DNA of 64,000 bases from a virus: positions 26,101 through 90,100 of the IMG/VR virus record IMGVR_UViG_3300042988_000510; one strand, given 5' to 3'. The position numbers were made by a program, and so were the translations under genes. Shown in pieces: positions 9,285 to 18,237 of this stretch (within the stretch, counting starts at the first letter, position 1; every line of letters begins with the position of its first letter). The notes under the pieces were generated by a model, which worked only from the letters and a program-made list of their open reading frames with translations, was not told where the DNA came from and searched no databases.

Positions 9285-9558
9285 TGGTTTCTCCTGTGGC
9301 CCTAGCTATGGCTGCACGGGCTTGGTCGTAGCATCCATCTGCGCCTCCGCCAGGGTAGCTTGACAACCAATTAAGCGACCGCTGAAGAACCGCAAGAAGC
9401 TCAGGCGCGGCCGCGAACAATTTCGCATTCGCAGCGCAGGTTTCCTCTGGGCTGTAGTCGACCCGGATCATGAAGTCACCGATGATCTTGTCATTGGCGT
9501 CCAGCACGGTGATCTGGTACGGGCCGACGATCTTGAATGGGGCGGGGCTGTGGGGCAT
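9277..9558 (-). CDS. Paralog of the 8976-9284 protein
   Basis: HSPAPF...ANAKLFAAAPELL; RBS AGGAGG. Confidence 0.85.
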   Translation of the reverse strand: MPHSPAPFKIVGPYQITVLDANDKIIGDFMIRVDYSPEETCAANAKLFAAAPELLAVLQRSLNWLSSYPGGGADGCYDQARAAIARATGETNE

Positions 9559-9585
9559 GGTTTCCTCCTGTGATTTCTTGTGGCC

Positions 9586-9613
9586 AGAATAGCACTGCTA
9601 TTCGGCCTGTCAA
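9586..9613 (-). promoter_or_regulatory. Sigma70-type promoter TTGACA-16-TATTCT with a perfect operator at 9588-9602
   Basis: Read on the minus strand; operator AATAGCACTGCTATT overlaps the spacer and -10. Confidence 0.8.
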
Positions 9614-9632
9614 GCGCAATCACTCGGTTTTG

Positions 9633-9654
9633 TCGTGATGCCATCATGATTCCA
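9633..9654 (+). promoter_or_regulatory. Late-promoter motif (TCGTGAT-GCC-ATCATG), leaderless start
   Basis: ATG 9654 lies exactly 21 nt after the motif start. Confidence 0.7.
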
Positions 9655-10796
9655 TGACCCTTCTACTCGATATCACCGACCTTCCGGCCCAGTACGCTAA
9701 CTCGGGGCTGGACCTCATGCACAAGGCCATGGCCGAGGGCGCTGACGGCTTTGTGCCGCACGAAAACCCGTACCTGACCCAGTTGGTCGAGGTGTTCCAT
9801 CAACGCGGCGTGACGCAGCTTGACGCGATGTGGGGCGAGTTACTGGACATCCTGCACGGCAGGCATCCGTTCGACCCGAACGCGGCGCATGGCCGCCTGA
9901 CGCAGGCGGAACTATCGCTTCTGGAGCAGTTGCTGAAAATGGGCGACCCAGATCAGTACACAGTCAACGACTGGATGTTGCTGGTCGACTACTGGCTGGA
10001 GCGGTATCTGCCTCCGACCTTCGCGGTCACCCAGGCGACCTGGCTGACGACACGGGCTGTTTTTATGGGGCGGCTGCAGGCGGTTATGGCCAAGCCAGCC
10101 GATATTGATCAGGCTCTGTCCCTGGCTCCGGCCCAGCCGATGACGGCGCCGATTGCTAAGGTCATCGAGTTCGGTCAGGCGCACGCTACCGAGAGCATCG
10201 TGTCCCTGGGTGATGCCGCCAAGCACAAGGTCAAGAACGCCATCATCAACCATCTCGAGGAGCAGTCCCTGGCGGGGAAGCAGTTCACGACCGGGCTGGA
10301 AGGTTTGCAGTCCAAGCTGTTCGATCAGTTTGGCGACATGAACAAGGATTGGCGCCGGATCGCCATCACCGAGACCGGCGAGATGGCCAATCAGGCGTTT
10401 GTGGCCGGGCAGCCGCCGGGCGCCAAGCTCAAGCGCATCGAGATGTACCGCGATGCCTGCCCGTTCTGCACCAAGATCAACGGGCTGATTGTCACCGTGG
10501 TTCCGCCGGATCAGCGGTTCAAAAATCCGTGGACGCATGTTTGGGTTGGCAAGACCAACATAGGCCGGTCGTCCAGCCCTATGAAGAAGGTGGGCGACAA
10601 GCTGGTCCCGCGTTCGCCCGATGAAATGTGGTGGCCTGCTGCCGGTTTGCAACACCCGAACTGCAGGGGCTCATGGGTGCCAGAACTGGTGGTTCAGCCT
10701 GGGGATGATCCAGAGTTCCACGACTATCTCAAAAACTTATGGCAATCTGCGGATAGCCAACCCACAACGGAGACCGAAGATGCTGCTGTTCTTTAA
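9654..10796 (+). CDS. Head morphogenesis (MuF/gp7-like) protein
   Basis: DWRRIAITE, ACPFC and HPNCRGSW motifs. Confidence 0.88.
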   Translation: MTLLLDITDLPAQYANSGLDLMHKAMAEGADGFVPHENPYLTQLVEVFHQRGVTQLDAMWGELLDILHGRHPFDPNAAHGRLTQAELSLLEQLLKMGDPDQYTVNDWMLLVDYWLERYLPPTFAVTQATWLTTRAVFMGRLQAVMAKPADIDQALSLAPAQPMTAPIAKVIEFGQAHATESIVSLGDAAKHKVKNAIINHLEEQSLAGKQFTTGLEGLQSKLFDQFGDMNKDWRRIAITETGEMANQAFVAGQPPGAKLKRIEMYRDACPFCTKINGLIVTVVPPDQRFKNPWTHVWVGKTNIGRSSSPMKKVGDKLVPRSPDEMWWPAAGLQHPNCRGSWVPELVVQPGDDPEFHDYLKNLWQSADSQPTTETEDAAVL

Positions 10797-11166
10797 AGCC
10801 CACGTCAAAACCTACACCCGCAAGGACGGGACCGTCGTCAAGGAGCACGATGATAAACGCCATGCTGCCGGAGCGAAGCCTTCGACTTCGCCCAAGGGTG
10901 GCGCCAAGAAGTTACCCGGTCATTGGATGGATGCGCATGACCACGCAGTCGAAGCGTCGTATGCTGCGTGGAATCACGGGGAGCCGCATGAGGATGCGAT
11001 CAAGTCGCTCAAGAACAGCATCAAGCACCACAGGGCTGCGGCCAAGGCCGCAGTGGATGCCGGGGACGATGATGCTGCGCAACTGCATCTAGGCAAGGTC
11101 AAAAATCACCAGCGGTCGATTCAGCAGCATGAGGACCATATGAAAAGATCGAAGGGGGATGGGTGA
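10780..11166 (+). CDS. Putative head-packaged protein (LLFFKA..YTRKDGTVV N-terminus)
   Basis: RBS GGAG before ATG 10780; His-rich. Confidence 0.7.
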   Translation: MLLFFKAHVKTYTRKDGTVVKEHDDKRHAAGAKPSTSPKGGAKKLPGHWMDAHDHAVEASYAAWNHGEPHEDAIKSLKNSIKHHRAAAKAAVDAGDDDAAQLHLGKVKNHQRSIQQHEDHMKRSKGDG

Positions 11167-11501
11167 TGTTGCTGCTGTTCAAATCACGCACACCCGAGAC
11201 CCGTGCCGAACTGGCCAAGGAGCACAAGCGACTGGTGGCCGTGCTCCGCTCCCCCTCGCACAAGGACGACCTGGAGGAGGCTGATAAGCAGGAGGAAGAG
11301 CTTGAGGAGTACGACCTGGCCAAGGCCATCACCCGCAGTCGGGCCGACTCGGCGCTCAACTACCGGCTGCAGATGATCGATGCGCAGTTGGGTCCGTTGG
11401 CGGCGGCGTCCAATGTCGACCCGGCGTCCCGGGCACGCTATGAGTCCCTCGTTCAGGAACGCTATACCATCATGGTCGCATTGGGGGATGCGAGTATTTA
11501 G
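11163..11501 (+). CDS. Putative head-packaged protein (LLLFKS N-terminus)
   Basis: Coupled ORF with LFKS and LAKA motifs. Confidence 0.7.
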   Translation: MMLLLFKSRTPETRAELAKEHKRLVAVLRSPSHKDDLEEADKQEEELEEYDLAKAITRSRADSALNYRLQMIDAQLGPLAAASNVDPASRARYESLVQERYTIMVALGDASI

Positions 11502-11504
11502 TTC

Positions 11505-11532
11505 TTGCTTCTGTGAATAGCATTGCTATTAT
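11505..11532 (+). promoter_or_regulatory. Sigma70-type promoter TTGCTT-16-TATTAT with a perfect operator at 11516-11530
   Basis: Same geometry as the 9586-9613 promoter. Confidence 0.75.
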
Positions 11533-11565
11533 GTGCGCGTGTTCAATTCAACCAAGAGACGCGCC

Positions 11566-11982
11566 ATGACTGACCTTCAATCCCAACTCAACCAGTTCAC
11601 TGGAACCGAGACCTACCACCGTCACTTTATCAGCCGCCGGCTGCAGTGGACCGATGGTGTCGAGTTCTTCGCCAAGCATGCTAAGGCGTACTGGCTGATC
11701 GATGCCATTGCCATATGTGTGAACGGCCGTAATGGGCCGGTGCCCGATGCCGTTCCCTGTAAGGGTCCTTTCGGCATCGTCGTGCTTGATGTTGTCGAAA
11801 ACGACAGTAGTCGCTTTGCCATGCTGCAGGTTCTGTCCGACTACGACGAAAACGACGAAAGCGTCGGCGATCAGCTTTGGTCGGCGATTATCGGGGGTAC
11901 CGACTGCCTGGTCGGTCGGTGGCTTTTCTATCTTGTGGCCAACGACCAGCACGTCGTCATGATGCTGCCAAAGGAGTATTGA
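11566..11982 (+). CDS. DUF6876-like protein
   Basis: QFTGTETYHRH, TDGV, AYWLIDAI and MLPKEY pattern recalled from this family. Confidence 0.7.
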   Translation: MTDLQSQLNQFTGTETYHRHFISRRLQWTDGVEFFAKHAKAYWLIDAIAICVNGRNGPVPDAVPCKGPFGIVVLDVVENDSSRFAMLQVLSDYDENDESVGDQLWSAIIGGTDCLVGRWLFYLVANDQHVVMMLPKEY

Positions 11983-11985
11983 GCC

Positions 11986-12189
11986 ATGAAAACCCTGCAA
12001 ACCGTGAACGGGCACCAAGTGGTGATCCACGATATGAACGGCACTGGGTCATTCCCGATCAAGGGTACGATCATGAAAAAGCCACCGCATGACGGGAATC
12101 CGCTCAGGTATGAGATTTGGCAGGCCAATGGGCGCGTCAGTGTGTTCAACCCGTCTGGGTGGGATTTGGTCATGGAGGCACGGTCATGA
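11986..12189 (+). CDS. Hypothetical protein
   Basis: Fills the gap in the operon; ATGA overlap with the next gene. Confidence 0.65.
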   Translation: MKTLQTVNGHQVVIHDMNGTGSFPIKGTIMKKPPHDGNPLRYEIWQANGRVSVFNPSGWDLVMEARS

Positions 12190-13715
12190 GCGAGTTGGTC
12201 GAGTCTTTCGAGTTTTTCGCGCCCGTGTCCACCGGCATGATCGAGGGCATGGTGGCAGGCTATCAGGCCATGCGCCACAAGATCGAACAGGTGGCTGCCC
12301 TGTTCCAGGGTGACAGGGCCAAGGTGGTCGACTACTTCATTGACGGCAATCGCCGGATGGATAATTCGCGCTATTCCAGCCTATCGGCCGAGCAGATATT
12401 CCGGCTTGACGGCGCTGTGGCATCGCTCAATGCCGAGTATTGGCGCCGGGCCATGGCGGCTACCGACGTCTGGGATTACATGCCACAGGCGCGGCGGGAC
12501 GAGTGGAACAAATCCATCCTGGATATGACCTGCCCCGACTTCGAGGAAGAAACGGTGCGGGCCACGCTCCAAACCCTGATCCACAGCCGCGCCAAGTTCT
12601 TCGCTGAGCGGGTCGACGGCATCTTTCGGGCGCTGTCGCATGAGCATGTCACCAACAACCCGATGGGGTTCGGCAAGCGCATGATCATCAACTACGCCAT
12701 GGATGGCTTTGGCTCGATCAACAGCAGCCGGGCCGGGTATGTGAACGACTTGCGGTGTGTCATCGCCAAATTCATGGGCCGGGATGAACCGGGCTGGGGG
12801 GCGTCCACCCACATGGTCCGCGACCTGAAGTCGTGCTTTGGCGAGTGGCGGCCGGTCGATGGCAATGCCTTCCGCATCCGGCTGTACAAGAAGGGCACGG
12901 TGCATCTGGAGGTGCATCCGGATATGGCTTGGCGCCTGAACGCGGTGCTGGCCAGTCTGTACCCGGCTGCGATCCCTTCGCAGTTCCGCACACCACCGAA
13001 GACCAAGCCCAAGGACTTTGTCCTGATGGACCGGCCGTTACCGTTTGCCGTGATCGAGGCGCTCTATAACTCGCGGGAGTTCCCGGGCAACAAGATTTCC
13101 TGCTACATCAGCGATAAGCATCTGCGGGCTGAGGTCGGGCATGTGCTGGAGGCGATTGGCGGGGTGCATGTGGGGCTGGGCGATTACCAGTTCGACTTCA
13201 ATCCCAAGGAAGTGATTCAGGAGATCGCCCGCACTGGCTGCATTCCGGACTCGCGCAGCTATCAGTTCTACCCGACGCCGGCCGATCTGGCCGAGAAGGC
13301 GGTGGAGTTGGCTGACATTGGTCCCGAGCACGCCTGCCTGGAGCCCAGCGCCGGCAATGGTGGGCTGGCGGATTTCATGCCCAAGGACCGCACGACCTGT
13401 ATCGAACTTAACGACCTGCGCTGCAAGGTGCTGGATGCCAAAGGCCACAGATGGATGCAGGCCGATTTCCTCGCGCTCGATCTGAACGAGCGATATGACC
13501 GCATCGTCATGAACCCGCCATTTGCTGATAACCGCTGGTGGCGGCACACTGAGAAAGCCGTGAGCCTGCTGAAACCCGGCGGCCGGCTGGTGGCCATCTT
13601 GCCGGAGTCTGCCAAAAAGTCCGACCTGCTACCCGGCGTGGTTAAGCACTGGCACGGTCCATGGTCATTCCCGGGCACGTCCATATCGGTGGTGATGCTG
13701 GTGGTTTTCACTTAA
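12186..13715 (+). CDS. DUF4942-like domain fused to an N6-adenine-type DNA methyltransferase
   Basis: QFYPTP, LEPSAGNG (SAM binding), VMNPPF (catalytic); start MSELVESF. Confidence 0.88.
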   Translation: MSELVESFEFFAPVSTGMIEGMVAGYQAMRHKIEQVAALFQGDRAKVVDYFIDGNRRMDNSRYSSLSAEQIFRLDGAVASLNAEYWRRAMAATDVWDYMPQARRDEWNKSILDMTCPDFEEETVRATLQTLIHSRAKFFAERVDGIFRALSHEHVTNNPMGFGKRMIINYAMDGFGSINSSRAGYVNDLRCVIAKFMGRDEPGWGASTHMVRDLKSCFGEWRPVDGNAFRIRLYKKGTVHLEVHPDMAWRLNAVLASLYPAAIPSQFRTPPKTKPKDFVLMDRPLPFAVIEALYNSREFPGNKISCYISDKHLRAEVGHVLEAIGGVHVGLGDYQFDFNPKEVIQEIARTGCIPDSRSYQFYPTPADLAEKAVELADIGPEHACLEPSAGNGGLADFMPKDRTTCIELNDLRCKVLDAKGHRWMQADFLALDLNERYDRIVMNPPFADNRWWRHTEKAVSLLKPGGRLVAILPESAKKSDLLPGVVKHWHGPWSFPGTSISVVMLVVFT

Positions 13716-13739
13716 CGCTTTTCCTGTGAGGCGATCCTT

Positions 13740-13765
13740 GCCCGGCTTCGGTCGGGCTTTTTTTT
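13740..13765 (+). terminator. Intrinsic terminator
   Basis: GCCCGGC-TTCG-GTCGGGC followed by T8. Confidence 0.9.
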
Positions 13766-13778
13766 GCCCGGTGGAAAA

Positions 13779-13800
13779 TCGTGACGCCACCATGGCGGCA
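13779..13800 (+). promoter_or_regulatory. Late-promoter motif (TCGTGAC-GCC-ACCATG), leaderless start
   Basis: ATG 13800 at offset +21. Confidence 0.75.
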
Positions 13801-14699
13801 TGAATGATGAAGCCTTGCTTGCGCACATCCCTGAGCACTTTGCGTTTAACGCACTACTGAAGGCCACGCCTCATGAGGAGAATGGCGGCCGGTTCATTTA
13901 CGTCGAGGCCAGCAAGGAATCCCGCGACCAGCAGGGCGAGATTGTCCTGGCTAAGGCGCTGCAGGAGTCGGTCGACGTATTTATGAAGTTTGGTGTGGTC
14001 GATCTTGACCACAAGTCCATGCCATCCGTGGCCAGGCAGTACGGCATCGAGCATCCGGACGAATGGATCATCGGGCAGCCGAAGCAGGTTAGTTTCGATG
14101 GTGGCACCACCTTCGTCAAGGCGCAGCTACGGCAGGGTGAATCCGTGCTCGCTAACCGCGCCAACCGAGTTTGGGAAGGGCTCACCAAGCTCAACCCGCC
14201 AGACCGCTATTACGCATCCGTTGGTGGATCGGTACTGGCGAAAAGCGTGGAGATTGATCCACTCACGAAAGCCAGGACCCCGGTCATCACCAAGACTCGC
14301 TGGGACAACCTGGCGCTGTCGCTTTCTCCTGTGCATCCGGACCTGAGCCCGGCAACCACCATCCCTGTCGGCACGTTCGCCAAGTCGCTTGGCGGCTTTG
14401 TGCTCTCGAAAACCCTGACGGCTGGTTATGGCACCGACTCGGCTGTATTGGCCGGTGGCGCTGCTCTCCGGCTGCAATCCCTGCACGGATCACCCCTCTC
14501 CTATCTCGACTTTCATCGTGAGCTATCTACCGCGCTGAAAAGTCGTGACAGCAAGCTAGACGGCAACGAGCACCCGCTCAAATCTCGACTTGTCGGTTGG
14601 GCAGAGTCCATCGGCGTGGAGGGTAATCAGGCGGTGTCATGGGTGCATCGGTTTTTGTTCGACGCGGCCAAAGATTTGAAAACTCGGAGATCACGATGA
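13800..14699 (+). CDS. Prohead maturation protease
   Basis: EASKESRDQQGE, DLDH, ASVGG and LALSLSPVH motifs; upstream of scaffold and capsid. Confidence 0.8.
   Translation: MNDEALLAHIPEHFAFNALLKATPHEENGGRFIYVEASKESRDQQGEIVLAKALQESVDVFMKFGVVDLDHKSMPSVARQYGIEHPDEWIIGQPKQVSFDGGTTFVKAQLRQGESVLANRANRVWEGLTKLNPPDRYYASVGGSVLAKSVEIDPLTKARTPVITKTRWDNLALSLSPVHPDLSPATTIPVGTFAKSLGGFVLSKTLTAGYGTDSAVLAGGAALRLQSLHGSPLSYLDFHRELSTALKSRDSKLDGNEHPLKSRLVGWAESIGVEGNQAVSWVHRFLFDAAKDLKTRRSR
14543..14565 (+). promoter_or_regulatory. Late-promoter motif internal to the protease gene (TCGTGAC-AGC-AAGCTA)
   Basis: Fits the consensus; 153 bp upstream of the scaffold start. Confidence 0.55.
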
Positions 14700-15286
14700 G
14701 TGTTTATGACGAACTACTGACCGAACTGGAAACCCTGGCCAAAGCCATGCCCGAGGCCGATGAGAACCTCGAGGAAGAGGGTAAGGCCCATGCTGAGCCG
14801 GACGCCGATGATGAAGGCGGCCCCTCGGATGGTGACGAGGACAACGAGGACAAGCCCATGGCCAAGTCCATGAGTGTCACGCTGCCCGATGGCACCGAGG
14901 CTGAGGCTGTTGATGGTATGGAGTTGATTAAGTCACTCCAAACCCAGTTTCAGTCCCAGATGGACGTGATGACCGAAGGTTCTGGAAAGGTCCTGAAGGT
15001 CATGTCCGTTCACCTCAAGGAACAAGCAGAGCTTATCAAGTCCCTGAAAAGCGACATTGACAGCCTGCGCTCCGAAGGCCGCGGCCGCAAGACCGTGGTC
15101 ACCATGGCCGGCGCCGATCCCGAACCGATGGCCAAGTCCATGGCCGTCACCCCGAGCGAGGTCCTGAGCAAGTGCCTGGACGCACAGAAGGCCGGCAAGT
15201 TGACCGCGCTGGATGTGTCGATGGCCGAGGGCTACCTGAATCGCGGCATGCAGATCCCTGACCGCATCGTCAGTGCCATTTCCTAA
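14696..15286 (+). CDS. Capsid scaffolding protein
   Basis: Acidic, coiled-coil, repeated xAKS/LIKS motifs; RBS GGAG before ATG 14696. Confidence 0.75.
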   Translation: MSVYDELLTELETLAKAMPEADENLEEEGKAHAEPDADDEGGPSDGDEDNEDKPMAKSMSVTLPDGTEAEAVDGMELIKSLQTQFQSQMDVMTEGSGKVLKVMSVHLKEQAELIKSLKSDIDSLRSEGRGRKTVVTMAGADPEPMAKSMAVTPSEVLSKCLDAQKAGKLTALDVSMAEGYLNRGMQIPDRIVSAIS

Positions 15287-15312
15287 CCCCTGAAATCAAG
15301 AGGAAACCCCAA

Positions 15313-16761
15313 ATGTTGAACCCTAACGCACTCCCCGCGATTTCTGGCGGACAGAGCATCACTGGCGAAATGGCCATGAACGATGTCGCCGATCTGCGCA
15401 AAGCTCTCGAGGCCGGTTACGGCACCGACGTTGCTGCCCTGACCGGTGGCGGCGCCCTGCGTATCCAGTCCCTGGAAAAGACGCTGATGTCTACCATCCA
15501 GGAGAACAAGCACTTCGCCCTGTTCAATGCCCTGGCCAAGAGCAACGCGACCGCGACCGTTGACGAATGGACTGAGCAGTCCGGTGTCGGCGGCTTCCTG
15601 GGTGGCTCGACCAACAGCGAAACCGGCAACATTGCCGCAGCTACTGGCGCGTATGCCCGCAGGACCGGTCAGGTCAAGTACCTGATGACCCGTCGTGAGG
15701 TGTCGTTCGTGGCTACCCTGCAGAACGCCATTGTCGAGGCTGAGGCGGTCGAGCAGCAGAACGGCGCTCTCCAGCTTCTGACCGACGCCGAGTTCCTGGC
15801 ATTCGAGGGTGATTCCACCGTCGTGCCGACCGAGTTCGACGGCATCAAGGCGCTGATCACCGGCCTGGGCTCGTCCGACCACGTTCTGGACGCTCAGGCT
15901 TCTACCCTGGCATCCATCAACCTGGTCAACACCGCTGCCAAGACCATCACCGGCTACGGCAACTTCGGCACACCGACCCATCTGTTCATGTCGCAGGCGG
16001 TTCAGGCTGACTTCGACAACGGTCTGGACCCGGCTTTCCGCGTCCCGCTGACCGACGTGCCGAATGGCGGTCTGATGCTGGGTTCTCCGGTGGTCGGTAT
16101 CCGTACCTCCTGGGGCAACATCGCCACCGTACCGGATGTGTTCATCCGCGACGAGCAGCAGCAGAAGGCGTTTGAGATTGACTTCGCCAGCATCGCGGCT
16201 GCCAACACCTTTGCGCCTGCCAGCGTCACCGTTGCCGCTGCCACTGATGACGCATCCAGCCAGTTCACCAGCGCACGCGCCGGCAACTACTACTGGTACG
16301 TCACGGGCGTCAACGCCAAGGGCCAGTCGGTGGGTGTCAAGACCTCGCAGACCGCAGTTGCGGCCGGCAAGAAAGCGGTCCTGACCATCACTGCCTCCGT
16401 CACGGGTGAGGAAACCGGCTACGCGATCTACCGCAGCCGTCAGAATGGCACCAATGCCACCGCTGACTTCCGTCTGATGGCGCGTGTTGCGAAGGCAGGT
16501 GCTACCACGACCTACACCGACCTGAACCGGGAGATTCCAGGCACCAGCACGGCGTACATCCTCAACATGAGCCCGGGCGCTCAGGCCATCAATTGGCGTC
16601 AGTTCCTGCCGATGCTCAAGTTCCCGCTGTACCCGACTGTGTCCGCGACCGTGCCTTGGGCGCAGTTGCTGTTCGGTTATCTCCGGATCGGCAAGCGCAA
16701 GCACCACGTGGTCATCAAGAACGTGCTCCCCAACAGCGCAGTCTGGCGCCCGTTCGCGTAA
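15313..16761 (+). CDS. Major capsid protein
   Basis: LRKALEAGYGTD, GGALRIQSLE, EFDGI and VVIKNV, resembling A511/Twort-type capsid proteins; strong codon bias. Confidence 0.92.
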   Translation: MLNPNALPAISGGQSITGEMAMNDVADLRKALEAGYGTDVAALTGGGALRIQSLEKTLMSTIQENKHFALFNALAKSNATATVDEWTEQSGVGGFLGGSTNSETGNIAAATGAYARRTGQVKYLMTRREVSFVATLQNAIVEAEAVEQQNGALQLLTDAEFLAFEGDSTVVPTEFDGIKALITGLGSSDHVLDAQASTLASINLVNTAAKTITGYGNFGTPTHLFMSQAVQADFDNGLDPAFRVPLTDVPNGGLMLGSPVVGIRTSWGNIATVPDVFIRDEQQQKAFEIDFASIAAANTFAPASVTVAAATDDASSQFTSARAGNYYWYVTGVNAKGQSVGVKTSQTAVAAGKKAVLTITASVTGEETGYAIYRSRQNGTNATADFRLMARVAKAGATTTYTDLNREIPGTSTAYILNMSPGAQAINWRQFLPMLKFPLYPTVSATVPWAQLLFGYLRIGKRKHHVVIKNVLPNSAVWRPFA

Positions 16762-16787
16762 CCGGTTCCTACCTGGGGCTGAAGCCT

Positions 16788-16828
16788 GTGAGGGCGGCGT
16801 GACTTAACCCTGCCGCCTTCACTTTTTT
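16788..16828 (+). terminator. Intrinsic terminator after the capsid gene
   Basis: GTGAGGGCGGC/GCCGCCTTCAC stem followed by T6. Confidence 0.75.
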
Positions 16829-16839
16829 GAGGGTACTTT

Positions 16840-17040
16840 ATGTTCAAGATCAAGTGTTTTCTCCCCAACGCCAGCGACAGCATCAACGGCATTGCCTTCT
16901 CGCCCTGCGAGGATGGTGGTGTTGAGTCTGTCGATGCCGTATCGGAGGAGGACGCCAGGCAGTTTGAGGGCATCCAGGGTTATGCCCTGATCCCGTCCGA
17001 ACCCACCAAGGCCCGCAAGGGCAAAGCCAAAGAGGAATAA
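16840..17040 (+). CDS. Small virion-associated protein
   Basis: RBS GAGGG; follows the capsid gene. Confidence 0.75.
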   Translation: MFKIKCFLPNASDSINGIAFSPCEDGGVESVDAVSEEDARQFEGIQGYALIPSEPTKARKGKAKEE

Positions 17041-17043
17041 ATC

Positions 17044-17550
17044 ATGGCACGCGATGTAGTAGACGAACTCAACCGGGCTATGCCCGCCAATGCCCGGGTC
17101 AAGCTGGGTCAGGTCATGGCCGACATCATTCAGTCCCTGAACGGTGTCAATGAGGCACCGGCCGCGCTGGTGACCTACATCGATGATCTGGCTGGCATGA
17201 TCGATGAAATGGCGACTCGTTTTGACACGCTGTCCACGGCGGTCAATGGTGTTGCTGTTGCGGCCAACACCTTGGCGACTCGACTGGACACCACCAACAC
17301 CGCTGTCAAGGGTCTGGGCACCAAGCTGGACCTGGATGGTGGCGTCACCGACACCAACTATGCCGCCACCGTGACGGGTTCTTTGGTCACCACGATTCAG
17401 GCTGATCTGAACATGGACGTGGTATCGGTCGTCACTGACACGCAGGCTGATCTGAACGCGGATGATGTTGATGCGGCTGGCGATGTCAGTATCGATGCCG
17501 TCACCCCGGTCAAGACGCTTTCTGAGCGTGCTGCCGAGATTGGTGGCTGA
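17044..17550 (+). CDS. Putative head decoration/fibre protein
   Basis: Coiled coil, TKLDLDGGVTDTNY motif, QADLN repeat. Confidence 0.6.
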   Translation: MARDVVDELNRAMPANARVKLGQVMADIIQSLNGVNEAPAALVTYIDDLAGMIDEMATRFDTLSTAVNGVAVAANTLATRLDTTNTAVKGLGTKLDLDGGVTDTNYAATVTGSLVTTIQADLNMDVVSVVTDTQADLNADDVDAAGDVSIDAVTPVKTLSERAAEIGG

Positions 17551-17552
17551 TT

Positions 17553-17849
17553 ATGACTGAGACCGTCATTCTCAATCTGATTTCTGCTTTGGTGCATGTG
17601 CTACTGCCCAGCTATACCTGGGACCGGATGCGGGCTGCAGTGGGGCGCTGGGATGACAAGTTCGACGCCACCGGCAAGAAGTTGCCCGGCACCGAAAAAA
17701 AGCAGGGCGTTCTCGACGAACTTGAGTTTCTCGGCATTCGCGGTGCTCAGTGGCTTGTCGGCGCTTTGATCGATCTCGCGGTCATGAAGCTCCGCATCGA
17801 CCAGGGCAAGCCGCTCGATATCGAAGTCAAGAAGCCCGAGGAATCCTGA
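17553..17849 (+). CDS. Hypothetical protein, possibly holin-like
   Basis: Hydrophobic N-terminus; GTEKKQGV..LIDLAV pattern. Confidence 0.6.
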   Translation: MTETVILNLISALVHVLLPSYTWDRMRAAVGRWDDKFDATGKKLPGTEKKQGVLDELEFLGIRGAQWLVGALIDLAVMKLRIDQGKPLDIEVKKPEES

Positions 17850-17865
17850 CCCGCCATCACCTCGC

Positions 17866-17893
17866 AAAAGCCCGGCACTGACCGGGCTTTTTT
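17866..17893 (+). terminator. Intrinsic (possibly bidirectional) terminator
   Basis: AAAAGCCCGG-CACTGA-CCGGGCTTTTTT. Confidence 0.88.
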
Positions 17894-17895
17894 AA

Positions 17896-17917
17896 TCGTG
17901 ACGGCAAACTGAAGCCA
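17896..17917 (+). promoter_or_regulatory. Late-promoter motif (TCGTGAC-GGC-AAACTG)
   Basis: Immediately after the terminator; CAT at offset +20 to +22. Confidence 0.75.
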
Positions 17918-17937
17918 TCGAAACAGCGGAGTCGCAC

Positions 17938-18237
17938 ATGAGCAAACTGCAGCAAATCAAAGCGAACTACGGGCTGAGTTCCGACAAGGCGGGCGACCTC
18001 AAGTCGAACGTCTACAACTGGGCCATTGTCGCCGTGATCCTGGATAAGGTCGCCGACCACATCATTGGCATGCAGGCCGGCTGGATTCAGACCGCACTGT
18101 TGATCCTGTTCCTGGCTGCGCTGTCCTACATCTCCAAACTGACTGTGGGCAACATCCCGCCGGCCAATGCGGAGATCATCAATCGCAAGATCGAGGAAAT
18201 GGATGCCGAGGAACTGTTGAGGGCAGGGAGGGAGTGA
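17938..18237 (+). CDS. Putative holin
   Basis: Two hydrophobic helices, charged C-terminus, overlaps the endolysin start. Confidence 0.6.
   Translation: MSKLQQIKANYGLSSDKAGDLKSNVYNWAIVAVILDKVADHIIGMQAGWIQTALLILFLAALSYISKLTVGNIPPANAEIINRKIEEMDAEELLRAGRE

Noticed and set aside
15283-16707. Long antisense ORFs (also 3466-4782, 37472-38953, 43418-44800, 61828-62877)
   Set aside because: Shadow frames of GC-rich, codon-biased genes on the opposite strand; no recognisable motifs
16797-16812. GCGTGAC-TTA-ACCCTG as a twelfth late promoter
   Set aside because: The first base mismatches and it lies within the capsid terminator hairpin; possible but unsupported
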